Source: Polynucleobacter sp. (GTDB taxonomy: Bacteria > Pseudomonadota > Gammaproteobacteria > Burkholderiales > Burkholderiaceae). Taken from it: a stretch of 41,626 bases of DNA. A program made the position numbers and the translations under genes. Positions 1 through 8,057 of the stretch are shown here, piece by piece; position 1 is the stretch's first letter; each line of letters begins with the position of its first letter. The DNA lies in contig JBIPON010000001.1 in assembly GCA_044379065.1 (NCBI GenBank), forward strand, positions 1 through 41,626. Reading direction: 5' to 3'. The notes beneath the pieces are model-generated. The model was not told the origin of the DNA. It saw only the letters and a list, made by a program, of their open reading frames with translations, and ran no database searches.

Positions 1-59
1 CCAGCGAATGCGGCCTTCAAGGACTCTTCAGTCTTTGTGCCTTTTACAGTTTTGCTCAT
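1..59 (-). CDS. rbr: Rubrerythrin, N-terminal fragment (continues beyond window start)
   Basis: Hand translation of the reverse strand from ATG at 59: MSKTVKGTKTEESLKAAFAG, matching the typical rubrerythrin N-terminus (KGxKTEExLKAAFAGES); GGAG RBS upstream. Confidence 0.8.
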   Translation of the reverse strand, partial: MSKTVKGTKTEESLKAAFA

Positions 60-338
60 TTAAGGGCTCCTTGTTTTCAGTTAAATCAAAATGGAGGGGA
101 TGCAATTCAATCAAGGATTGAAGGGATCACCACAGACAAATTATGCGGATCTTTGGGGTCTAAATAATCGTATTTTTGTATTAGAGCGATAGTTAAAACC
201 ATTCAAATTTGTCTTTCTGATTAACTTAATAAATGTGTCACAATTTAAAGTAAGTAAATACTAACAAATATTGAATGCAATAAACCATCTCAACCCATTG
301 TTTTTGTTATATATATTGCCATGTAAGGCTTATTAGTT

Positions 339-485
339 TTACTTTGCCTTCAGGGCTGCGATCGATGCAGCGCAATCCCGAATACCATAGTTGTAAAACT
401 TGCCTGCATTTTCCTTTTTTAGGGATTGGGCGCATTCCGTAATGGAATTGCGTAAATTAATTGCAGGAACAGTGCTGGTGGCCAT
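339..485 (-). CDS. Small hypothetical protein, 48 aa (not in ORF track)
   Basis: MATSTVPAINLRNSITECAQSLKKENAGKFYNYGIRDCAASIAALKAK*; GAGG RBS just upstream of the ATG. Confidence 0.55.
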   Translation of the reverse strand: MATSTVPAINLRNSITECAQSLKKENAGKFYNYGIRDCAASIAALKAK

Positions 486-683
486 ATCAAAATCCTCAGA
501 AGATAAACAAAAAGAACATCAAGCCAAAATCCCAGTTTGATGTCGCTTAATTGATCCTACAGCATAAAATAATCAGGAAGCGTGGCCAAAAGAAATGAAA
601 AAACCCCTTCGTGTCATAAGTAAGTTGAGCGCCGTTATTGGCCTTCGGCCAATCCCATCCTTCAGTGAGCCAGGAAAATCCCT

Positions 684-881
684 ATGAAAAAAACAGACTT
701 ATATAAAAACCTGGGGCTATCCGTGGCACATAAGATGAAAAATGCCGCCAAAGTAAAGGGCCCCGGAGCAGGGACTCAGTCCAAAACTAAACAACAGCTG
801 GCCGATGAGCTAGTAAAGGCCAATCCGCTATTGGCTGCATTCTCTGGCAAGCCCAAGTCAAAGCCGCCGAATGAAGCCTGA
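684..881 (+). CDS. Small basic hypothetical protein (65 aa)
   Basis: Lys-rich ORF with AGGA RBS upstream; overlaps next gene by 11 nt. Confidence 0.65.
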   Translation: MKKTDLYKNLGLSVAHKMKNAAKVKGPGAGTQSKTKQQLADELVKANPLLAAFSGKPKSKPPNEA

Positions 882-1953
882 AGGATCTCAGTATTGGTTG
901 ATTGATGGCTTGAAGGTGTTTGCGGCGCAGATTATTGTTTTGCACCACTGCGTTAGTTATGGGCAATTGGCTCTAGCAACTTCGCTCCAGTTACCTAGTC
1001 TCGGTAGCATCTTGTTTGATTACGGCAGATATGCCGTTCAAGTATTTTTAGTGATGGCTGGCTACCTCGCAGCGCAGTCGGCTGAAAAAGCCTTTGCGAT
1101 AAGTCATGCGCATTCAAAGGTAAGCGGATCTCGATTGGTAGCGCAATTGGCGATTCGTCGCTACTTGCGTTTGGTTGGGCCTTATATCGTCGCATTATTG
1201 ATCACCATGGTGTGTGCGGCACTGGCGCGCCAATGGTCTGCGGACGAGTACATTGGGCAGCCCGAAACAATCGCTCAATTCTTGGCCCACCTCTTTTTAT
1301 TGCAAGGTCTGCTGGGGCATGACTCAATCTCGGCAGGAGTTTGGTATGTAGCAATTGATTGGCAGCTTTTTACAGCGCTGGCGGTGATCTATGCGGTTAT
1401 TCAGCGGCAGATGGTGCGCATCGGTGTCGTATCTATTTTGATTGTGGCATCGCTCTTGTACTTCAATCGCCATGCCAGCTTCGAAAACAGCTTCATTTAC
1501 TTTATTGGCTCGTATGGCCTTGGCGTTCTGGCGTATTGGGCCGCTGGCCTCAATGCAATCAAGGCCAGAGCAAAAAAGGCGCTGCTGGCGATTGCCATCA
1601 TTTTGCTTTTTTCTGCGTTACATTCAGTCTGGCTGCGTAATTACCTTGCACTTGGTATTGCATTTCTATTGCTGTATGCAGGCAATAGACCCTATCCGCA
1701 TCCGCATCCGCAATCGTGGCTCGCCAGTGCAATGCAGTGGGCCAGTGCCCGTGCTTATTGCGCCTTCTTAATCCACTTTGCATTCATCCTCTTGGCTAAC
1801 ACCGTACTACTTGCATTACATGTGACAAGCCCTGCAATTGGATTGAGTTTGATTGTCCTTGTATCTGCGCTGAGCTGGATTGCTGCAAACTATTTATACC
1901 GCTGGGTTGAGTTGCCCATTGGGCGCTGGCGCCCCGCCGAATTGTTTTCCTAA
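871..1953 (+). CDS. Acyltransferase family 3 (OafA-like) membrane protein
   Basis: IDGLKVFAAQIIVLHH, AVQVFLVMAGYL, RRYLRL, WYVAIDWQ and YRWVELP motifs; many TM segments. Confidence 0.85.
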   Translation: MKPEGSQYWLIDGLKVFAAQIIVLHHCVSYGQLALATSLQLPSLGSILFDYGRYAVQVFLVMAGYLAAQSAEKAFAISHAHSKVSGSRLVAQLAIRRYLRLVGPYIVALLITMVCAALARQWSADEYIGQPETIAQFLAHLFLLQGLLGHDSISAGVWYVAIDWQLFTALAVIYAVIQRQMVRIGVVSILIVASLLYFNRHASFENSFIYFIGSYGLGVLAYWAAGLNAIKARAKKALLAIAIILLFSALHSVWLRNYLALGIAFLLLYAGNRPYPHPHPQSWLASAMQWASARAYCAFLIHFAFILLANTVLLALHVTSPAIGLSLIVLVSALSWIAANYLYRWVELPIGRWRPAELFS

Positions 1954-1996
1954 TCTGCACTTCCCAAAATAAGAAAAGAAGCAGCCTACATAGTGA

Positions 1997-2533
1997 CTAC
2001 GGTGTTTTTAAAACCGCATGCGAAACGATGCCATGACTTTCTAATTTATCCCTGCCGCCTAAGCATTCAATTTCCAGTAGGCAGATCGATGCAATGGTGT
2101 TGGCGCCCACTTGCTTGATTAGCTTGGCGGCAGCGATCAGCGTACCCCCAGTTGCCAACACATCATCGATCAGTAGCGCGCGTGAGCCAGCAGGCAAGGA
2201 TGCGCTTTGGATTTCCAGTGCGTCCGATCCGTATTCCAAGCCATACGACTCTCGGTGACTGGCTAGCGGCAGTTTATTGGGCTTGCGTACTAGCACCAGG
2301 CTTTTTTGACTATGCAGGGCAAGTGCCGAGGCAAATACAAATCCGCGTGATTCCACTCCAACGATGTGGCTGTAGTCCAACTGCTGAGCAATTGACGCCA
2401 TATGTCGGATGGCCTCAGTAAAGGCTGCTGGATTGCCTAGCAATGGTGAAATATCCCGAAACTGAATGCCTGGCTTTGGAAAGTCGGCGATGGTTGGCAG
2501 ATAATCGAGTAATTGCATTCGCTGGGTATTCAT
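1997..2533 (-). CDS. apt: Adenine phosphoribosyltransferase
   Basis: DFPKPGIQFRDISPLL, GVESRGF, VRKPNKLP, YGLEYG and PRPP motif LLIDDVLATGGT. Confidence 0.95.
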   Translation of the reverse strand: MNTQRMQLLDYLPTIADFPKPGIQFRDISPLLGNPAAFTEAIRHMASIAQQLDYSHIVGVESRGFVFASALALHSQKSLVLVRKPNKLPLASHRESYGLEYGSDALEIQSASLPAGSRALLIDDVLATGGTLIAAAKLIKQVGANTIASICLLEIECLGGRDKLESHGIVSHAVLKTP

Positions 2534-2605
2534 GAATTTAGTGTCACCATTGGTCTGTGCTGCGTATTGCTTCTAAGATAACGACTACATAAGGTTTATG
2601 TTGAG

Positions 2606-3169
2606 ATGAGTCATCCCTTCGTCATTATTACCGCTTTAGAGAATGAGCTCGATCCAAAACGCCTCCCGCCAAAAACAGCAGTGGTTTATGCCGGGATTGG
2701 TAAAGTGAATGCAGCGATTGCAACATTTAAAGCAATCCAAACCTATCGCCCACGGGAGATCATTAATTTTGGTACCGTCGGGCGAATTAACCCAGCGGTG
2801 AGTGGCTTGCTGGATATTGGTAAGGTCGTGCAGCGGGATGTTTTTGCAGAGCCCTTGGCTCCGCGTGGAGAGGTGCCATTTTCCACACGTCCGAATGCCT
2901 ATGTATCCGAGGGCGGAAAGTATGTGTGTGGTTCTGGTGATAGTTTTGTAACGGAGTCTGACCCATGGCTGATTGCACAAGCCATTGATGTGGTGGATAT
3001 GGAGCTCTTTGCCATTGCCGCAGTCGCACACGATGCAGCTATTCCATGGCGCTCATTCAAATACATTACGGATGATGCTGATGCATCCGCTGGCACTGAT
3101 TGGCATACGGGCGTGCAACATGGCGAAGAACTCTTTTTGGAACAATTGCGCAGGGTGATGGGACGGTAA
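2606..3169 (+). CDS. Nucleosidase, PNP/UDP family (MTA/SAH nucleosidase-like)
   Basis: GIGKVNAA, INFGTVG, GSGDSFV, VVDMELFAIA and KYITDDAD motifs. Confidence 0.85.
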   Translation: MSHPFVIITALENELDPKRLPPKTAVVYAGIGKVNAAIATFKAIQTYRPREIINFGTVGRINPAVSGLLDIGKVVQRDVFAEPLAPRGEVPFSTRPNAYVSEGGKYVCGSGDSFVTESDPWLIAQAIDVVDMELFAIAAVAHDAAIPWRSFKYITDDADASAGTDWHTGVQHGEELFLEQLRRVMGR

Positions 3170-3194
3170 ATCCCTTGCTTTCCTATTCTGCGGA

Positions 3195-3785
3195 TTAGCG
3201 CATGCCCGCAAAGACTTGATGCGATATCGGCTTGCCATTGGGGCCAATTTTGACGAGGACCATGTCACCCGAGCCAAGCAATACTCCGGTGAATGCCTCA
3301 ATATTGACGTGGTGACTGACCATGATGATGGGCGTCTTTGGAAATTGCTTAAGGCTCTTTTGAACCAGCTGACGTAGCCCTTCGGTTTGCTGATTCGATT
3401 GACCCATGCTTTCAAAAAAAGAACCCAGCGATTTATCGATGAGTACAGGCCCTTTATTTAACAAGGTAGCAGTGTCAACACAGCGGCACCACGGACTACT
3501 AAAGACTTTGGCGCTTTCGATACCTTGTTGGCTCAACCACTGCCCGGTACGCTCAGCTTGTTTTTTTCCAAACTCGCCCAAATTGCGCTGCGTACTGCAT
3601 TGATCAAGGCGATAGCCTGTAGGATCACTAAAGCCAGGGGCGTCCGCATGGCGCATCAACAGAATGTGTTGACCATCCGTCATTGGACCAGCTAAGTTAG
3701 CAAGCGCAGTAGTACTGAGGCAAAGCGAAATAAATAGCATCGCCATCACGCGTTGGCAGAATTGCAATTGTGCTCGGATCACCAT
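3195..3785 (-). CDS. Histidine phosphatase family protein (PGM/SixA-like), probably exported
   Basis: LMRHADAPG, QRNL, SSPWCRCVDTA and MVSHHVNI motifs; N-terminal signal-like segment; exact start uncertain. Confidence 0.85.
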   Translation of the reverse strand: MVIRAQLQFCQRVMAMLFISLCLSTTALANLAGPMTDGQHILLMRHADAPGFSDPTGYRLDQCSTQRNLGEFGKKQAERTGQWLSQQGIESAKVFSSPWCRCVDTATLLNKGPVLIDKSLGSFFESMGQSNQQTEGLRQLVQKSLKQFPKTPIIMVSHHVNIEAFTGVLLGSGDMVLVKIGPNGKPISHQVFAGMR

Positions 3786-4477
3786 GGCAATTTTTCCCCT
3801 GAGTAACTATAAAAGCTGCCCGATTCAGACAGCGGTAATTGATTCAGTACAGCCAGCATATCGCGCGCCGCATCGATCGCAGGTCGACCAATTTGCTCGC
3901 CTTTGAAGGGCTTGGAGAGTCGTGAGTTGACGGTGCCGGGGTGGAGTGCAATTAACTTAGTATTCGCTTGTGTGCGTCGTAACTCAATCGCCGTCGTTTT
4001 TAGTAGCATGTTGAGCGCTGCTTTAGATGCGCGATAGCTGTACCAGCCGCCCAAGCGATTGTCTTCAATGCTACCTACCTTAGCTGAAATGACGGCCATG
4101 ATGGCATTGTCTTTAGCGAGCAGGGTGCTGAACTTCGCTAGGGTTACAGCAGGACCAAACGCATTGATCTTGAAGATCGCCTCTAGCTGGCTGAAACACA
4201 AATCAGCCCCCTTTTTTTCAGGGCTCCACGCATCGGTATGCAAGACGCCAATGGCGTTGATGATGAGGTGAAATGGCCCGCTGGATGCCAAGGCTTGCGC
4301 GGCGATTGCAATCGATGATTCATCTGCGTAGTTAATGGCTGGACTGGAGTGCCGATGAATGCCAAGCACTTGGCTGCAACGGGGGTCAGCCTGAAGCAGC
4401 TCCAAGAAAGCCGACCCAATCGTTCCAGATGAGCCGATGATGAGGGCGCGATAACCCTCGGGTAGTGATGGCATCAT
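3779..4477 (-). CDS. Short-chain dehydrogenase, CsgA/C-factor-like
   Basis: GSSGTIG, SAKVGSIEDNRLGGWYSYRASKAALNM (YxxxK) and LHPGTV. Confidence 0.9.
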   Translation of the reverse strand: MMPSLPEGYRALIIGSSGTIGSAFLELLQADPRCSQVLGIHRHSSPAINYADESSIAIAAQALASSGPFHLIINAIGVLHTDAWSPEKKGADLCFSQLEAIFKINAFGPAVTLAKFSTLLAKDNAIMAVISAKVGSIEDNRLGGWYSYRASKAALNMLLKTTAIELRRTQANTKLIALHPGTVNSRLSKPFKGEQIGRPAIDAARDMLAVLNQLPLSESGSFYSYSGEKLPW

Positions 4478-4708
4478 TTAAACCCAGCCCTGTTTCCAGA
4501 TGGTGGCGTCTGTCAATTCACGCCAATCAATTTGCCGCACCTCTTTACTAAAGACAGCTTCAATTTCCACGTGCTTGATGGCCTCGTACGGTAATTCCGG
4601 CAGAATGACTTTACTCACCAAAAAATGCTTTTGCTTTTTGATGGGATTAACAGCAGTCCACTTTGTCAGCAATAACTTTTTGGGGCTCAGTGGATTTTTA
4701 TTCGGCAT
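4478..4708 (-). CDS. Trp-rich conserved small protein (TIGR02450-like)
   Basis: KLLLTKWTAVNP..KQKHFLV...IEAV...IDWREL...WKQGW pattern. Confidence 0.8.
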   Translation of the reverse strand: MPNKNPLSPKKLLLTKWTAVNPIKKQKHFLVSKVILPELPYEAIKHVEIEAVFSKEVRQIDWRELTDATIWKQGWV

Positions 4709-4714
4709 GGCGGA

Positions 4715-5071
4715 TCAAAGGACAGTGCACTGCATCGTTTGTGTGCCAAGGTGAAGCGCCCCGGATCCAGGTGTAAACCGAACTACTGCGGCTTGGGTAT
4801 TGGCCGGGCAACGCACATCAAAAAAACTGTCATGGCCTAAGCTGCCGCAAAACCGCAAATCAGATTTGTTTTTATTGGATGGATTGACTGCAAATTCCTG
4901 CGGCGGATCCAAGGTCATGAGCGAGCGACTAAGCACCATGGTTACTTTTGCTCCATCTGTCCCTGGGATGCAAGTCCAGGTGGTGTAGTCGTTTTTATCG
5001 CAAGCCGCGAGGCCACCCAGTAGGCAGACTAGCAAACCAAGACGAGCGATACGGAGGGCGGGGAGCTGCAT
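4715..5071 (-). CDS. Hypothetical lipoprotein
   Basis: Lipobox LAAC after a hydrophobic stretch; four further Cys residues. Confidence 0.6.
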   Translation of the reverse strand: MQLPALRIARLGLLVCLLGGLAACDKNDYTTWTCIPGTDGAKVTMVLSRSLMTLDPPQEFAVNPSNKNKSDLRFCGSLGHDSFFDVRCPANTQAAVVRFTPGSGALHLGTQTMQCTVL

Positions 5072-5132
5072 GACAGATTGAATGAAGTAGGGATCACACC
5101 ATTCTAGTGAATAAGCTCTACACTTGCTCGGT

Positions 5133-5426
5133 ATGCCATCACTAGATCATTCCTCCCCAACCTCCGAAGAGCTGAGCTCGGCAGACGTGTCGCGCATCAT
5201 TGAAATGGCATGGGAGGACCGTACGCCTTTTGAGGCCATTTTGCGGACCTATGGCCTAGCAGAGTCTGCAGTGATTCGCCTCATGCGCGCTAATTTGAAG
5301 TCTGGCTCTTTTCGTTTGTGGCGTGCTCGTGTGACGGGTCGCGTAACCAAACACAGCGCACTGCGAAGTCCCGATGTCGATCGGGCCTATTGCCCTACCC
5401 AATACAAGCAGTCCCACGGACGATGA
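5133..5426 (+). CDS. TIGR03643/DUF2805-like conserved protein
   Basis: RIIEMAWEDRTPFEAI...SFRLWRARVTGRVTKH signature; ATG 5133 preferred over TTG 5124. Confidence 0.8.
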   Translation: MPSLDHSSPTSEELSSADVSRIIEMAWEDRTPFEAILRTYGLAESAVIRLMRANLKSGSFRLWRARVTGRVTKHSALRSPDVDRAYCPTQYKQSHGR

Positions 5427-5830
5427 AACCATTCACCCTTTTTTACGACGGCGCCTGCCCCTTATGCCAGGCAGAAATCCTTTTTTTGCAAAACCGTAAC
5501 CAAGCAGGCTTACTTTATTTTGTTGATATCAATTCAGCGCAATACGATCCGCAAACAGTGGGCGTGTCTTGCGAAGAGGCTTTAGCAAGTATGTATGGTC
5601 AGATCGAAGGCGAGCCGCCCATTAATGGAGTGGCCGTGTTTGGGGAGGCTTATCGCCGCGCTAATTTGCCGCTGATGGCATGGATCTTTACGCGCCGCTG
5701 GATGATGCCGATTTTACGGCCCAGCTACCGTTTCTTTGCCAAGCACCGCCATGCTATTTCGGGGTTTTTTGGACCACCTCTACTGCGCCTTGCAAAGGCA
5801 CGTTGCCCAAGCAAGCCCAATCCACCCTAG
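5423..5830 (+). CDS. DCC1/DUF393 thiol-disulfide oxidoreductase-like protein
   Basis: LFYDGACPLC (DxxCxxC) and YRFFAKHR; ATG 5423 overlaps the upstream stop (ATGA). Confidence 0.85.
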   Translation: MKPFTLFYDGACPLCQAEILFLQNRNQAGLLYFVDINSAQYDPQTVGVSCEEALASMYGQIEGEPPINGVAVFGEAYRRANLPLMAWIFTRRWMMPILRPSYRFFAKHRHAISGFFGPPLLRLAKARCPSKPNPP

Positions 5831-5871
5831 TTTTATACTAGTGCTCCCAGATTTGCTTGTATCGTAGTAGC

Positions 5872-6384
5872 ATGAAAACCATTTTTTTACGCTTGGCATG
5901 GGTTGCATTGGGATCTGCTATTGCCATTACAGCCGCATTGTGGGTCACGGGTAACGCCACTACGCCACTGGTTCTGGCATCTCTGGGTGGTTCCACTTTA
6001 TTTCTGTTTGGCTTAACCACATTACCTCCAGCACAGCCCCGCGCATTGTTTGGGGGCCACTTTATTGCGGCCGCTGTTGGCATTGCCGCATACCAGCTTG
6101 CCGGAAACGCCCTATGGGTGATGGCGCTTGCGGTGGTCGTCACGATCGTCTTGATGCTGATCACCAAAACCGTCCACCCACCGGCAGGCGCCAATCCACT
6201 GATTATGATTCAAGCGCAAGCGGGGCTAATGCATTTGGGCGCAGTAGTTATGCTGGGAGTACTCACCATTTTTATAGTGGCTTGCGTGTGGAGTCGCTTG
6301 GGAGTAGGGCAATGCCAATACCCTCTGCGCTGGAACCAGCCGTCGCCACCCAATAGCAATTGGGGCATTTGGACTGATTCGTAA
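5872..6384 (+). CDS. HPP family membrane protein
   Basis: ASLGGS..LFG, PPAQPR..FGGH and TVHPPAGANPL motifs; ATG at 5872. Confidence 0.88.
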   Translation: MKTIFLRLAWVALGSAIAITAALWVTGNATTPLVLASLGGSTLFLFGLTTLPPAQPRALFGGHFIAAAVGIAAYQLAGNALWVMALAVVVTIVLMLITKTVHPPAGANPLIMIQAQAGLMHLGAVVMLGVLTIFIVACVWSRLGVGQCQYPLRWNQPSPPNSNWGIWTDS

Positions 6385-6419
6385 AATAGAGACTCAACTG
6401 ATTTAGTATTTATAAGCCC

Positions 6420-7274
6420 ATGACAGCCCACTCAGCCGATCCAAAACACCACACAGCGCATTCATTCAAGGAGCGCATGTATGTAGTTATTTTTGAATCC
6501 GATACGAAGATGGGTTTATTGTTTGATCGCGTTTTAATTTACGCCATCTTGCTTTCCGTATTGGTGGTCGTTCTCGATAGTGTGGCATCGATTTCAAAGC
6601 AGTTCCATGGCGAATTAGTCACGCTGGAGTGGATGTTCACCATACTCTTCAGTATTGAATACATTGCGCGCCTGTATTGCGCGAAGTACCGCTGGCGTTA
6701 TGCAACGAGTTTTTATGGGGTGATTGATTTTCTGGCAGTGGTACCTACGTATCTTGCCCTTATCTTTCCTGAGCTGCATGCATTGATTGATGTCCGCGTG
6801 CTGCGTTTAATCCGTATGTTCCGCATCTTTAAGTTGACAGAGTACATGTCGGAGTATCAGCATTTGGCTGAAGCCTTATCGGCTAGCAGACGCAAGATCC
6901 TGGTGTTTTTATCGGTGGTGTTGATGGTGGTAACCGTGATGGGGTCTGTGATGTATGTGGTGGAAGGGCCGAGCAATGGATTTACGAGCATTCCGATTGC
7001 GGTGTATTGGGCAATCACGACGATGACAACCGTTGGATTTGGTGACATCACTCCGCATACTGATTTAGGCAAACTGATTTCGTCGGCCATGATGCTGATG
7101 GGCTGGGGTACCTTGGCTGTGCCAACGGGGATTGTGACTGCGGAGTTTTCGCACCGCCGTAACCAATTGTTTGTTGCCAAAAGAAGCTGTGATGCCTGCT
7201 GTACTAACGGTCATGAAACAACCGATCAGTATTGCCGCCATTGCGGTACTCGCTTTCCGACCCCTGAAAACTAA
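6420..7274 (+). CDS. 6-TM potassium channel (ion transporter) with C-terminal Cys-rich ribbon
   Basis: S4-like VRVLRLIRMFRIFKL; pore YWAITTMTTVGFGDITP; C-terminal CDAC...YCRHCG. Confidence 0.9.
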   Translation: MTAHSADPKHHTAHSFKERMYVVIFESDTKMGLLFDRVLIYAILLSVLVVVLDSVASISKQFHGELVTLEWMFTILFSIEYIARLYCAKYRWRYATSFYGVIDFLAVVPTYLALIFPELHALIDVRVLRLIRMFRIFKLTEYMSEYQHLAEALSASRRKILVFLSVVLMVVTVMGSVMYVVEGPSNGFTSIPIAVYWAITTMTTVGFGDITPHTDLGKLISSAMMLMGWGTLAVPTGIVTAEFSHRRNQLFVAKRSCDACCTNGHETTDQYCRHCGTRFPTPEN

Positions 7275-7304
7275 AAAAGCCTTCTCATGTCAGAAGGCTT
7301 TTTT
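7273..7304. terminator. Bidirectional rho-independent terminator
   Basis: AAAAAAGCCTTCT-catgtc-AGAAGGCTTTTTT between convergent genes. Confidence 0.85.
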
Positions 7305-7322
7305 GCATTACTCAACACCGGA

Positions 7323-7799
7323 TTAGTTAACGCCGAGTAGCTCCACATCGAACACCAATGTTGCGTTGGGTGGAATAACGCCGCCAGCACCGCGCGCACC
7401 ATAGCCCATCTCCGCAGGAATGATTAAGGTGCGTTTGCCGCCGACTTTCATGCCAGCAACGCCTTCGTCCCAGCCTTTAATCACGCGACCACCGCCCAAA
7501 GGAAATTCAAATGCTTGGCCGCGATCGACTGAGCTATCAAATTTCTTGCCCTTAAGGTCGGGCGCAGATGGATCATGCAGCCAGCCGGTGTAGTGAACCG
7601 ATACATCGGACCCGGCTGTTGCTTCTACGCCGCTGCCTACGACGGTGTCAATTTTTTGAAATTCGCTCACGGTATTTGCCTTTATAGAAGATGGGGTAGT
7701 AGAGGGCGGTTTCGAATCGCCGCCGGATTTCGGCATTAAGAATGCCACAGCCAGGCCTCCAGCCAGAATCAATAGACCGAGTTTAAGAGGGGTATTCAT
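7323..7799 (-). CDS. FKBP-type peptidyl-prolyl isomerase with N-terminal anchor
   Basis: [24 protein letters not shown] and [16 protein letters not shown]. Confidence 0.95.
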   Translation of the reverse strand: MNTPLKLGLLILAGGLAVAFLMPKSGGDSKPPSTTPSSIKANTVSEFQKIDTVVGSGVEATAGSDVSVHYTGWLHDPSAPDLKGKKFDSSVDRGQAFEFPLGGGRVIKGWDEGVAGMKVGGKRTLIIPAEMGYGARGAGGVIPPNATLVFDVELLGVN

Positions 7800-7837
7800 G
7801 GATTGGGCAGTTTAGTTAAGGGGGGAAGAGTGATCAA

Positions 7838-7858
7838 AATGCACTAATTTAGTGCATT
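7838..7858. promoter_or_regulatory. Perfect palindrome with NtrC-like core TGCACTAATTTAGTGCA
   Basis: AATGCACTAA-T-TTAGTGCATT in the divergent fkbp/icd intergenic region. Confidence 0.5.
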
Positions 7859-7988
7859 ACCGGGAATAATACGCTTCATTCAGTAATATGCCATCTCAGT
7901 ATATAAAACCAGCGCCTTTTCTGCAAAGGCGATGCTTTAAAATGGGTTGTTTGCATGTCGTATTTATATTGTGCGCTCGCAGCATTCA

Positions 7989-8004
7989 TGGCGTGCGGCA
8001 TGCA
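7989..8004 (+). promoter_or_regulatory. Possible sigma54 (-24/-12) promoter for icd
   Basis: TGGCGTGCGGCATGCA has GG-N10-GC spacing, ~54 nt before the icd ATG. Confidence 0.35.
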
Positions 8005-8057
8005 TCGGGCGGGTGAAAAACCATGCTCAATTGCGTTATCCAATTTAAGGAACAGTC

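Noticed and set aside
637-653. ATTGGCC-TTC-GGCCAAT hairpin in the leader of the 65-aa ORF
   Set aside because: Single short stem; no RNA family recognised
1696-1713. CCGCAT micro-repeat (PHPHPQ)
   Set aside because: Under three full in-frame units; no evidence of phase variation
5318-5422. N-terminal extension of the DUF393 ORF
   Set aside because: Overlaps the upstream gene; ATG 5423 gives the normal domain start
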